Translations under genes and position numbers: made by a program
NCBI RefSeq assembly: GCF_006345805.1
Contig: NC_043002.1
Span: forward strand, 6,138,001 to 6,202,000
DNA length: 64,000 nucleotides
Origin: Octopus sinensis
Taxonomy: Eukaryota
Direction of reading: 5' to 3'
Notes under the pieces: model-generated
Databases searched by the model: none
Told to the model about the DNA's origin: nothing
Seen by the model: the letters and a program-made list of their open reading frames with translations, nothing else
Part shown: positions 1 to 13,510 of the stretch, piece after piece
How positions within the stretch are numbered: position 1 is the stretch's first letter
Layout of the letters: each line of letters begins with the position of its first letter

Positions 1-944
1 TTAGCTACATTGCAGGTTTCCGACTTAAAAAATTAATTCTCTGATAATTCTCTTGGAATTCGGGATGAATATTTCCTCTCCTTTTCCCACACGCACTAAT
101 TTATATTTTATGCAAACCTAATATAAACAAGCCCTGTCTGGGAATAAGAAGAGCGATAAAGAGAAAAGACATGAAGAATACAAAACATATAAATAAAATT
201 TTTTAATCAATTACCGCAAGAAATGCACTTCAAGAGTAAAAGCGAAAATATACGAATCAGAAAAACATCAGTCTAGGAGATCGATCGAATTTTATAAAAA
301 AGGCAAACTCTATAGATATCCAGTTCTCCTTCAATTCAAACCTATGAGTGTCTTAAACAAGGACGGTTACACTGGATAACATAAATCCAAATGTGTATTT
401 AGATTCATGTTATCGAGTGTGTCCATCCATTCAATCAAATCCAGTCAACTTTAAGACATTGAAAGTCAAGCACAAAAATATACATACAGTCACGCACGCA
501 CATATCATGTATATGCCCTCCCAAAACTAGGCACCACTATCTAAGCGTTATCTAAGCCTTACTAGATTACCTATGAAAAGAAACAAACAATACCAATGCA
601 AATGATCCCCTGAAACTATGAACCCACAAATGCTTTCCATGTATACGAGAACAATAACAAGATTAAAATATAAGGAATTCACAATCAAGCATAACATATG
701 TGTATTCCTATCATCAGCTGCCAAACGGTTATCACTCAGGTTTCGACAGCCCTGTGCAGTACCATTCAATCTGGCGGTATCGACAGCGTTAAAAATATAA
801 ACGTTGCGTGGGAATCCACTAGCTTATTACTACAAGTAGCAACATCAGAGTAACAAATAGTGATAACTAATACCTACACACGTACACACATCCACATATA
901 CACATACGCCCTCTTTCTCACATACAGACATATATATGAGATGG

Positions 945-1100
945 ATTTCCGTATAGTTTCCCTCTTCCAAAGTCATTCACATTGGTTGGCTGCAGTAGAA
1001 GGGGTTGCAGTGGAAGACATTTCCTCAAGATGCCGTGTACCAGGACTAAACACGAAACCACCTGCATTAGGGAGGATTCTTCACCACACAACTACTCCTG
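945..1100 (-). mobile_element. Old, diverged copy of SINE family A (head region)
   Basis: Reverse complement resembles the family A head and body (ggagtagttgtgtggtgaag...gtcttccactgcaacccc). Confidence 0.5.
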
Positions 1101-1152
1101 GGAAATGGGTGATATATATGTATGTATGTATGTATATATGATATATATATAT

Positions 1153-1563
1153 GAGTGGCTGTGTGGTAAGTAGCTTGCTTACCAACCACATGGTTCCGGG
1201 TTCAGTCCCACTGCGTGGCACTTTGGGCAAGTGTCTTCTACCATAGCCTCGGGCCGACCAAAACCTTGTGAGGGGAAACTGAAAATGAAAGAAGTTCGTC
1301 GTATATATATATATGTGTATGTGTGTATGTGTGTGTGTGTGCGTGTGTGTGTGTATGTTTGTGTGTGTGTGTCTCCAACATCACTTGACAACCGATGCTG
1401 GTGTGTTTACGTCCACGTAACTTAGCGGTTCTGCAAAAGAGACCGATAGAATAAGTACTAGGCTTCCAAAGAATAAGTCCTGGGGTCGATTTGCTCGACT
1501 AAAGGCGGTGCTCCAGCATGGCCGCAGTCAAAATTACTGAAACAAGTAAAAGAGTAAAAGAGA
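1153..1563 (+). mobile_element. tRNA-derived SINE, family A
   Basis: A box TGGCTGTGTGG and B box GGTTCAGTCCC, internal (TA/TG)n, 3' tail ending aaacaagtaaaagagtaaaagag; several near-identical copies in the window. Confidence 0.9.
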
Positions 1564-1571
1564 ATATATTT

Positions 1572-1635
<64 letters not shown>

Positions 1636-1655
<20 letters not shown>

Positions 1656-2215
1656 CAAAAGTTAGACAGTGAAGGGGAAAATAAACGAAAACTGAACAAA
1701 AACATAACGGATAGAAAAAGGAAACAAAACACGATACAAGGAACGTTTACAGCTGGCTTTCTTATCAGTTGGTATCGGAGACGTCATAGTGGTTTAACGC
1801 TATTTAAACCAAGCAACAAGGAAAACTGAGAATGTGTGCAAGGAAGGACAAAATAACGTTATACACAACAGAAAATGCCCTACAGCTGTACAATACGTGT
1901 GAGCAATAATTATAGTATGCAGTAGTAAAACGGATATTAAGACAGTTATAGTGAGGTAGGGCAAAGAAATGGAAAGATCTTTGATGGATGTAATACAAAC
2001 GTGCCTGGCTGGGTTAGCAGTTGGCCGAAAAAGAGCGACGCACTTTGACTGGACACCGATCACGTGGTAGGAGAGAGAGGAAGAATGGTGGAGGGTCTAA
2101 GGGATGAGAGAGGGAAAGAGAGAGGGAAGGAAAAGATAGGGGTCAAGGAAGGCAATTAAGGAGCGGAGGGAAAAGTAAAAAAGAGAGAAGAAAGAGGAGA
2201 GGAGGAAAGAGCTGT
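1636..2215 (-). mobile_element. Probable 3' UTR/pLTR remnant of a Penelope-like element
   Basis: Same layout as 58999-59960: (TA)n flank, decayed hammerhead-like motif near 1740-1775, then a purine-rich tract (2070-2215). Confidence 0.45.
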
Positions 2216-2231
2216 ATCTATATGGATATGT

Positions 2232-2870
2232 ATATATTGATAAACATAATATATGTTACTTATATGCTACTATTAGTTTCATGCGATGAAAGCATCTCAG
2301 ACTGCATTGTTTAACATGTCTAGTGCTATATCGCAATCTTCAGGCAATGCCGACATAGGCATAACAAACTAAAAATGGGACGGATGAGTGGAAAAACGAG
2401 AAAAAGTGAGAAAGAAGTAGATAGATATAAAAAGTGGAAAGTTGAAAGATCGGAAAACGAAAAAGAAAACATAAAGTAGCAAAACAAGAGGATTAGAGTT
2501 ATGTTCCCTTTGACCGAAAACTATAAGCTGAAAGGATTCGGAGAGGATGGTACTTCCCAATTCGCCAACAGGAACTTATATGTTACAGTCAAAAGGAAAT
2601 AACTAATTCCACCTTTTGTTTCTTCCTGTTTTCATTTTGTTTTGTGGTTTTTCAACCATCCACCTCTTATGTCTACTTCTTTCTCGCCTTTTCTCGTTTT
2701 TGTTTTTCGCTCATGCTACCGTCATATTTTTAGCTTGTTATGCCGTGTGGGTATTGCCTGAAGGTTGCCATAAGGCACCAGACATATTAAAATTACTATC
2801 TGAGATGCTTTCGTCGCATGAAACTAATAGTAACACATAAATAACACGTATTGTGTTTATTAAATAATAT
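2232..2870. repeat. Old foldback element with about 270-bp imperfect inverted arms
   Basis: 2232-2505 aligns by eye with the reverse complement of 2590-2870 (e.g. ctactattagtttcatgcgatgaaagcatctcaga vs tctgagatgctttcgtcgcatgaaactaatagtaac). Confidence 0.8.
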
Positions 2871-3071
2871 TGTTTCTCACCAGCCGCAGCGCTTCTTTTG
2901 GTTAACATCATGGAATAGCACACACTATATATATATAGGAGATAATGGTGTCTTTGAAACCCAAAGGTGTCAGGTAATGCTGAATAAGTGCTATAGACAG
3001 ACCATAGTTAAGTTTCAGATTCGGTAATATTGCGAATAAAGGGTTCAACGTTGGTTCTATGTCAACGTGTG

Positions 3072-3326
3072 TATATATGAATTTTTTGTGTAATGAGATA
3101 AAAAAAACCAAGGCTGTATAGATATTAGAGCATTTATGGATAGAAGGTCTTACAGCTGTTTCTAGAATATTAATTAATAATAATATCCCTTCTCAAACCA
3201 TCTCCGATGAAGGGATATTATTATTAATTAATATTCTAGAAACTGCTGTAAGACTTTCTATCTATAAATACTCTAATATCTATACAGCCTTGGTTTTTAT
3301 CTCATTACACAAAAATTCATATATAT
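3072..3326. mobile_element. Head-to-head foldback pLTR-like module
   Basis: Arms 3072-3192 and 3208-3326 are near-perfect inverted repeats; TA-rich ends. Confidence 0.85.
3201..3253 (+). ncRNA. Minimal hammerhead-like motif, U4C core
   Basis: TCT-CCGATGA-A-GGGATATT..AATATTCT-A-GAA-ACTGCTGT-A-AGA; the other arm has the perfect palindrome ACAGCTGT. The base of stem II is non-canonical. Confidence 0.55.
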
Positions 3327-3630
3327 ATATATATATATACTTATATACACACATACAAAGACGTGTATATGTATGTACATATGTATGTGTGTGTGTATAC
3401 ATATCTGTTATGCCACGGAAATTTCCTTTACGCTGTGTTACGGATGGAACTGCGCCAGCAACTAGGCTGCAGATTGTACAACGAAAGATTAAAGGATTAA
3501 TTGATGCTATCAGTTTCTGTGTGTTTGAGTTACTAAAATGAGTTGTAATTTCTTAGTTTCAACATTCGGTCTCGGATCAACTCGCTTAACAGACACATAC
3601 AAATGAAGAATAAATAATTTAAATCTACAA

Positions 3631-4040
3631 GCGCAGGAGTGGCTGTGTGGTAAGTGGCTTGCTTACCAACCACATAGCTCTGGGTTCAGTCCCATTCGTT
3701 GCACCTTGGGCAAGTGTCTTCTACAATAGCCTCGGGCCGACCAAAGCCTTGTGAGTGGATTTAGTAGACGGAAACTGAAAGAAGCCCGTCGTATACATGT
3801 ATATATATATATGTGTATGTGTATGTATATATTTGTGTGTCTGTGTTTGTCCCCCCAGCATCACTTGATAACCGATGCTGGTGTGTTTACGTCTCCGTAT
3901 CTTAGCTGATCGGCAAAAGAGACCGATAGAATAAGTACTAGGCTTACAAAGAATAAGTCCTGGGTTCCATTTGCTCGACTAAATGCGATGCTCGAGCATG
4001 GCCGCAGTCAAATGACTGAAAGAAGTAAAAGTTAAAGAGT
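3631..4040 (+). mobile_element. SINE family A
   Basis: Full-length match to 1153-1563. Confidence 0.9.
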
Positions 4041-4767
4041 ACAGAATACACTCAATAAATAAAGGACTTATTCGAGAAAAAGTCAAATAAAACAAATAAT
4101 GTGGTACATTTTAGGAGAAATTTCATTGGTTGATTACTTCCACACCTAATAAATAACATTTAACGAAATGATTAATTAGAGATAATTTAGGAGATAATCG
4201 ACACGATATGCTTCTTTGGAAATTTGGTCCAATAAATTTGTTAAAAAGCGCAAGTTAATCATATTAGTTGTCACGTGAGCTGCTTTTGCAAAATATATGT
4301 AATCAGAAAATCCAGTAAGATGTTTCAAAGCAATTTTACTTGATGTAATAATTAAGTAAGGTTTTATATTTCGAAAAATTATTATTGTAAAAGTTGTAAA
4401 AACTATAAAGGAAGAAAGTTCAATAGATTTAAAGAATTTTCATAATGCACAAATTAAATTTCTTTCAAATACAAGAGTAAAACTCAGAAATTTCGGTGCC
4501 CCCAAAACAGAGATGAAAAAGTATAAGAAAAAGTTAATGTTGCAGTGTTTGCAAATTTAATTGTTGCTATTTTGTACCATAATTGAAATGGCATTAATAA
4601 ATGCATATTAGAACACTGATGCCAATATTGTAATAGGAAGAGATAACTCCGTACCTGCATCCATTCCTCCACAGACAGACACTTGAGTGTATGCAAGTGG
4701 GTATGCGTGTCTATGAAAGTGTGTGAGCATGTATTAGAATATGTGCACACACACACACACACACACA

Positions 4768-4828
<61 letters not shown>

Positions 4829-4965
4829 GCATGCATGTATGTATGTGTGTATGTGTATATATATATGTATATATGCACACACATACATATATACATCCAC
4901 GTAAATACATTACTTATGTATATCCATATATATATATGTATGTATGTATGTATGTATGCATGTAT

Positions 4966-5032
<67 letters not shown>

Positions 5033-5436
5033 CCTATCTATCTATATATCTGTCTGTCTGTCTGTCTATCTATCCATCTGTATATACATTGTAATGCATA
5101 GATGAACACATTCTCTCGCACACACTCAGATACATACACGGACACACACACACATACACATACACGCACACAAACAGGCACACAGACACATTGAAAATTG
5201 AAAATATATCTTGGCATTTTTAGGATTATGGAGGAATAATTTATTTAGCTAAAATATTCATTGATATTGGTATTATTCATTAATTTTATTTACTAATCAT
5301 GTTTAACCTAGTATTTCTGTGTGTCATTTAGCAACATTATATACCTGATCCAAGACCATACACATTCGTGCCAATTATTTTATGAGTTTGATAATACATA
5401 TGTTGTAATATATATGTATATATATATATGTATATT

Positions 5437-5675
5437 ACATGTTTTTATACATCATATATATATATCATATAACATATATTAGCGCTTTTGTCCATTCTGG
5501 TGGGGTTTTCAAATTGAATGGACGAAAGCGCTAATATATGATATATGATATATGATATATGATGTATAAAACATGTGTTATACAAATAAATATCTGTAAA
5601 TATAAAACCATCCGAATTTCTGAGTACCTTATTTCTTCTAATATAAAATACCTGTACATCATCTCCAAACCTTCT
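5437..5675. mobile_element. TA-flanked foldback module with decayed hammerhead-like motif
   Basis: Inverted arms 5437-5497 and 5515-5576; CTGGTGG...GAATGGAC-GAA-AGCGCT-A-ATATATG on the + strand. Confidence 0.6.
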
Positions 5676-5693
5676 AATATATATATAAATATA

Positions 5694-5744
<51 letters not shown>

Positions 5745-6074
5745 TAATAAAAATATATGTACTCTGTTATGCATAGAGTCTTATTTGACTCATAAAATAT
5801 ATACTCCGCTGTATTTAGTTCACCTTATGATCAGGAGCTGAACACTCTAAATATTAAGCAAAGTACCTCAGAAGGTCCAGGTAGAGTTATAAAGCGGGTG
5901 ATAAATTAAGTGTGTCACTCAAAAGCTGTACAGTCTTGCATCGAAACACACCGTCACGCTTCAGTTGGCTTTAACGCATAGCTTTTATGACCGCCGTCCA
6001 GTAACTTTATTTATTTGGTCACTTTTCTTTCTGCGAAAAGCAAAGTACGAAAGCGAAAAAGAACATACACATAT

Positions 6075-6452
6075 TGGTTTCAAATTTCGGCGCATGGCCA
6101 GCAATTTTGGTGGAGGGGAAGGTTGATTACATTAACTGCAATACTGAAATGGTAGTTTATCCATTTCCGAAACAATGAAAAGTAAAATCGACTTTGGGAG
6201 AATTTGCACTCAGAACGTAAAGACGGACGAAATGCCGCTAAGCATTTGCCTAGCGTGCTAACAGAAGGACACTTCTTCCAATAGAAGTCGATTACATTGA
6301 CCTCAATATTCATAAGCTACTTATTTCATCGACCCCGAAAGGATGAAAGGTAAACTCGACCTCGGCAAAATTTGCACTCAGAACACAAAGACAGTCAAAA
6401 GGCTGCTAAGCATTTTTCCCAGCGCGGTAACGATTCTGCCAACCCAACGCCT
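6075..6452 (-). mobile_element. Two tandem diverged SINE family B copies
   Basis: gaaaggtaaactcgacctcggcaaaatttgcactcagaac motif occurs twice. Confidence 0.75.
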
Positions 6453-7439
6453 TTCTGAGAGATTAAATAAAGTGAATCATTTATTGTGTGCGGTTAAGTG
6501 GAACTTATCATACTTGATGTGGGGGACTGGGATTAATTTTTAACTAAATGAAATAATTATTATAACGGGGATTACTTATTAGCCTTAATGTAAATAATAC
6601 AATGGGCAAAAGACTAAATTTAGATCGATCAAAAGTAAAACGAAATTCAATTATGTAATAATGGGTATGCAAATTCTATCACAGCTAATTTAAATATTAT
6701 TTAAAATCTGTTATCAACAAGAAAATTCTATCACAGCTAATTTGAATATTGTTTAAAATCTATTTCCAACAAGAAAATTTAGGTGCAAAAAGTTGTAGAA
6801 AATGAAGGAGATAGAAATATGTTTTGATTTTTTCTCTAAATTTTTATTTTTAAATAACTTTTAAATCATTTCCGGGCAAAGACTGCGAATACGAAATAAC
6901 AAGCTGGTTATATTTGATTCCCACCGCAACACAAGTGCAGAAAAACTGAGAACCACGGTTCTATGCTGGCGTTGACCTACTAGAAATTTTCCAATTTTAT
7001 ACACCACCATCGTTCAGAAAAAGAAATAATTTGGATAACGTGAACCTTATTGCTCATCCTTCAAAATGATGCCATGATAATAGTTATGATGTCTTTCAAC
7101 ACAAGTGTACTTCATCGGAACTGACTTGGTGACAAACAATAACAACTGCAGTATGGTACGTTGATGTATGTAAAAGAAAAAAATACCCCACAATATTATA
7201 GCATGCTACACGAGTCAAAGATGCAAACTCTCTGTAGTCGCCCGACATAGATTTTTTTTTAAATGTCTCGTGTAATGTATACTTATACTTCTCTATATTT
7301 TCTCTCCCTCTCTATCCTTTTCTCTTTCTCTCTCTCACTCTCTCTGTGTATACAGACACACACGCATGCGCGCGTACACATGCATACAAATATACAAATA
7401 GTGACATAATATATACGAATCAGTATGATTCTATGCGTT

Positions 7440-7916
7440 TATACATGTATGTAAGTATGTAAGTATGTATGTATATATATATATATATATATAATATATA
7501 TATATATATATTCATATATATGTATATATATACATATATATGTGTAAATATATATACATATATATGAATTTATATATATGTATATATATTTACACACACA
7601 CACATACACACACATATATATGTATATTTGCATATATACTTATGTACTTACATATATACATACACATATATACGTGTGTATATATGTATATATACATGTG
7701 TAAATATATATTTTATATATATATAAACACATACATATATGTGTGTGTATGTGTGTGTGTGTATAAAGCTTACATGAAATAGTGGTGTTCCATCACAATG
7801 GCGGTACACTAGCATGGTCGCAATCGCCAGCAGAGACCGAAATACAATAGAATAGAATAATATATTCATGCACACACATAAAACAAAATCACTCTCATGC
7901 ATACAAATATATATGA

Positions 7917-7953
<37 letters not shown>

Positions 7954-8236
7954 ACAACATGTATATACATACATGGACACACGCACGCACATAGATATAT
8001 GTGTGTGTATATTTTATATATATATATTTATATTTTATGTAATTAGGGTTATAATCAAAACCTGCCCTCTTGAAGCAAGTAGGCGTAATCCCGTACGCCA
8101 GAGTTTTGTATAGATATAAAATCTGTACAAAAATTATATGATGGAAACGTAGCACTTGAGAAATACCGAATAATATTTTTTGTAGAGTAAATATTTATTG
8201 AAATAGGACATTAGAAAAAAAAATATTGCACAGTAT

Positions 8237-8274
<38 letters not shown>

Positions 8275-8984
8275 CACACCACACATACACACACACACAC
8301 ACGTACACAGACACATACGCACACACAAACACAAATGCATGTATAAAACATACATACATAAACATACTTGTTGCATCTTGGGATGATCATAATGTCTATA
8401 ATAGGAAGAGCAGTAAATACATATATGTGCATATATGTCAATATATACGTATATGTGTGCGTATTTGCGTGTATATACATACATGTAAATATATATGTAT
8501 GTATACATATATACGTATATATATAAACATACATATGCATATGTGCGTGTCTGAGCGTCTGTGTATGCCTGTGCGTGTTTGTATTTATATACATACATAT
8601 ATATATATGTAAATATATATATACATATATATAAATGCATTTATATATATAAATGTATACACAAGTGTATATATATATATATATGTATAAAAATATAAAT
8701 ATATATAGATATGCATATATATATATATATGTATATGTGTATATACGTAAATATATACATATACATTTATGTATATATGTATATAAATATATATATAAAT
8801 ATATACATATATATATATACACATACATAGATATATAAATATATAAATATGCATATATATATGTATATATGTATATATATATTATATATATAAATATATA
8901 TATAGATGTGCATATATATACGTATATATATATATACATATATATATATATACATATATTATGTGAATATATATATACAAACAT

Positions 8985-9027
<43 letters not shown>

Positions 9028-9030
9028 CGC
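7440..9030. repeat. Compound (TA/CA/TG)n microsatellite field (one of many)
   Basis: Read directly; similar fields at about 11800-12300, 18450-18880, 28865-29170 and 55470-55960. Confidence 0.95.
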
Positions 9031-9535
9031 ACACGTAAATGTCGAACAATGAAATGAGTGCTCAACATCGCACACGTATATATGAAATTAATAAATGAAA
9101 AGGACAGGGAATTATCTAATGAAGACCATTAGCGTTCCAAAGTTTCTGCGATCCGATGCAGTATACTTAGAGCACTACATAGAATCTCCGAGAATGATCT
9201 AAACTGTTGAACAATCACTCACGTCTGAATTCATTGCATTTCGTAGCAGTAAAGTAGACACACGGAGATATACTTGCATAGCCAGTGATTAAAGTAGACA
9301 CAGCTATAGGCTAATGGAGTTCAAAGAATAATTTCCTTTTCCATAGTATTTTTATTTAATTTCATATTACGCTCTGTACTCTACTGAGGCTTTATTCTCA
9401 AGTATATATATAATTTATCACTATCCTTAGGCAATTACTCTCGCTATGATTAAGGAAAAATTCATATATATATATGTGTGTGTATGTATGAGTGTGTGTG
9501 TGTGCGCGCGTGTGTGTATATATACATATATTAAC

Positions 9536-9616
<81 letters not shown>

Positions 9617-9619
<3 letters not shown>

Positions 9620-9748
9620 CAATTGCAGCGTGGAAGGTGTTGGTAAGCCATTTCAGAAACACACAAAAGCCGTTCGATTCACTTCAACATTTAAGTTTAA
9701 TCTGTCAAAATACTTTCATCGCTTTAAGACCGCGACCTGTTCACTGAC

Positions 9749-9749
<1 letters not shown>
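9617..9749 (-). mobile_element. TA-flanked pLTR-like module (same family as 24240-24470)
   Basis: Shares aacaattgcagcgtggaaggtgtt...gattcacttcaacattt with 24307-24381; (TA)n on both sides. Confidence 0.85.
9703..9749 (-). ncRNA. Minimal hammerhead-like motif with G3-C8 swapped core
   Basis: Minus strand: UGUCA-GUGAACA-G-GUCGC-GGUCUUAAA-GCGAU-GAA-AGUAUU-U-UGACA. Confidence 0.65.
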
Positions 9750-9779
<30 letters not shown>

Positions 9780-10194
9780 CATACTAATTCTAATTAATTT
9801 TAATATATATGGTATATGTGTATATACATACACAGGAGCTTATAAATCTTCATGGACATACGTGTATAAATTACGACGAAGTAATACAAAGTCTTCTCAA
9901 TGTCAAGGCCAAATTATATTTCGTTGATGACTGGCGGCAACTCACATAATTTTGGAATATTATTCCTGTTTGCGCGCGAGTTGATAGATTTGAGACTGAA
10001 TAGAAAAATGTTTCGTTAATGGGCAACATAAATCTACCAACGATAAAAAATTTATACATATACATACACATATATAGGTACACACACACACACACATATA
10101 TGTATGAATATATACACATATATAAACACGTGTGCTGCTGCATTCGTAAATATGTATAAATATATATATATATATTATATATATATATATATAT

Positions 10195-10265
10195 TAGGGA
10201 ATAAATCCAAACTTACAGGGAAAAATTAGATTTAGGATTAAATCCAATTTTATAGTATAAATATG
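10195..10265. mobile_element. TA-flanked module fragment (family also at 44735-44850 and 47765-48020)
   Basis: attagggaataaatccaaacttacagggaaaaattagatttaggattaaatc recurs in the window. Confidence 0.75.
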
Positions 10266-10469
10266 CGTGCGCGTGTGAACACTTAAATAATTATTCAGTA
10301 TGTCAAGCAGAAAATCATACATGCCACATATTCTTCATGTACTATGCTTGCACTTTGCTTAACTGTAAAAATCTATAGGTATTCAACTGGAGTTACTAGA
10401 TTTATCTCTTCCACCCTCCTTCAGCTCTCTTTTTTTCCTGGCCTCTCAATCTGTATATATATATATATG

Positions 10470-10717
10470 TTTGTAAATTAATATGTTACCATTATTCAAT
10501 AGCCAAGATAAAACTCTGAGTTTCGGATGCCGAAGTGGAAAGCCACAACACCATCTCTTCGGCCAGAGATGGTTTTGTGGATTTCCACTTCGGCATCCGA
10601 AACTCAGAGTTTTATCTTGGCTATTGAATAATTGTCACATATTATTTTACAGATAAATTTCCTCTATTTACATAATATTGAGGTCTTTTTCTTTCTTTTG
10701 TTATCTTACCGTTTTTA

Positions 10718-10721
<4 letters not shown>
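10470..10721. mobile_element. Head-to-head foldback pLTR-like module
   Basis: About 90-bp near-perfect inverted arms around 10560; same family as 15386-15727; (TA)n flanks. Confidence 0.9.
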
Positions 10722-10759
<38 letters not shown>

Positions 10760-10990
10760 CACACATATATATGTATATATATATATCTACATATCTATAT
10801 CTGCATATATATATATATTATATGTATATATATATACGTATATATATTCATAAATATATACATAGATTAGATTTATATAGATATTCAACTTATATTCTAC
10901 GAGAAATTAATACGTGTTTCACGTTCATTAATCCTTATACATATTAATATACCCATCCACCCAACCAGCCAGCCAGCCAGTCAGTCAGCC

Positions 10991-11042
<52 letters not shown>

Positions 11043-11154
11043 CCGTCTACATGCATGCATGCATCATTTATGTATGTGACTGTATGTATGTATGTATGCG
11101 CGTAACTATCTAGGTATGTTAGATAAATTAGGAAACCTCGTTTAAATTAATATT

Positions 11155-11365
11155 CTTTTCTAATCTAAGCACAAAGCCCGAAATTTCGGGAGGGAAGGGG
11201 CATATTGAATATACCCCAGTACGCAACTGGTACTTAATTTATCTATCCCGAAAGGAATAAAGGCAAAGTTGACCTGGGCGGAATTTGAACTCAGAACATA
11301 AAGACAGACGAAATACCGCTAAGCATTTCGCCCGGTGTGCTAACGTTTCTGCCAGCTCGCCGCCT
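11155..11365 (-). mobile_element. SINE family B
   Basis: Matches the 33659-33894 head and body, with an alternative 3' tail. Confidence 0.85.
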
Positions 11366-11954
11366 CTTTTATAAGTTAATATTGCAAAATAAATGTTAAC
11401 TCTCTATCAAATTACTTCTTTCAAGTTGTAACTTCCGCTGAATATTTCTAAATGGCATTGAATTACAATGTAGCTATAACTTTATTTTGATGATTAATAT
11501 AGATGTGGGCCTTGTCTCACAAGTATATATATACAGACATGTTCCAATCTATAGCCTATAGGTACGTGTATGATAAGATAGTGTATATCAATATATTAGG
11601 AACGTATATATGTATATATAGATATATATAAATATACGTATAAGTACATTTATGCCTGTGTAAATTGTGTAATTAAAAGCAACTGTACATATATGTGTAC
11701 AAACAGAAACGCACTCACACACACAACCACTACATACATATTTATTCATATAAGGTTTATCTAAATATTTATCCATCTATACATGTATATGTTATAGAAA
11801 TATTTCTGTCTGTATCTTATATATGAATGTTTTTTAGTATGCATACTTGTATACACATATATGCGTACATGTGAATGTGATTCTGCGTGTATTACGTATT
11901 TACATAGATATATATAACGGTATATGCATATATATACATGTATATAAATTTTCA

Positions 11955-11990
<36 letters not shown>

Positions 11991-12204
11991 AATGAATATA
12001 TATATGTGTGTATATATACATACATATATATACATATGTATGTGTGTATATATATACATACATATATATACATATGTTATGTGTGTATATATATAGTATA
12101 TGTATATATATATCACTACATACATATTATATATATATATATATATATGTATTATATATATACGTATATATATGTAATATATATATATATATATATATAA
12201 TATA

Positions 12205-12244
<40 letters not shown>

Positions 12245-12805
12245 ATGTATATATGTATATGTATATGTATATATATATGGATCTATAAAGCTTGAATATA
12301 AGGAGGCTCGGAATTATAACTGCAAAATATGAATTTATGTATAAATTCATTGTGTATACATATGTATATTTATGCATCTAAATATTCGTTGGGACAAAAG
12401 CACACACAAACAAATACACACACACTCACACACACACACCAGGCACACATATTCATGTATATACGGATAAGCAAATACTATTTCCTGTGTGCAATATATG
12501 CGATCATATATATTATACAATATATTTATATCGTTATACAGCTATCTAGCGACATATGTATGGGTTACGTTTTTAATATTATTTTGCAATTTACTTAATC
12601 ATCGGTATATTATTGTTATTTTAATATTAATATTTCTATTAAATGTAATTTTCTAGATGTCGTAATTTAATTGTTCATTTTGAATTGATGAAAGGTATTT
12701 TTTTCTAATTTATATATATATATATATTATATTTTGTGAAATTTGATTTAGTATTTCTAAATTGAATTTTTCCCTCTAAGTTAGGAATAATATTCCCTCA
12801 AATAT

Positions 12806-12895
<90 letters not shown>

Positions 12896-12987
12896 ATGTA
12901 TGTGTGTGTATGCGTGTGTGTGTGTGTATGTTTGATTTATGCATATATGTGCCTAAGGTAAGATATATCTATATATGTGTATATATA

Positions 12988-13294
12988 AAGTATTAATTTA
13001 TAAAAATATGGTAAAGTAAAGAAAAAAAAAAAAAATTCACTTTACCACACACCGAACTTTTCAGAAATAGCAGCCAAAAATATGGCTATTTCTTCAACTG
13101 CAAATAAAAGTCTCCAGACAATGCATACTCAGAAAATAACTCACATAGGTATAAGGGAAAAACAATGAAAGATCACATCCATATACGATACCCGAGGACA
13201 GTCTGTTTCTGGATTTGTGGGTATATTTCTGAAAGGTTCGGTGTGTGGTAAAGTGAATTTTTTTACTTTACCATATTTTTATAAATTAATACTT
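12988..13294. repeat. Foldback element with about 75-bp inverted arms
   Basis: 12988-13069 is the reverse complement of 13224-13294. Confidence 0.85.
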
Positions 13295-13453
13295 CAAATA
13301 CACCGTAAATGGTCTTTACATACCGAATACTGCTTGGTCGATTTATTAACAATTAATTAATTCTACCCCCTTTTTTGATGACAATATGTGTATATATATA
13401 TATATTTATATATATGCATATATCTATGCATGTATATATGTATATATCTATGC

Positions 13454-13510
<57 letters not shown>

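Noticed and set aside
8045-8110. GGCGTA/TACGCC hairpin in a TA-flanked module
   Set aside because: No GAAA or core at the expected positions.
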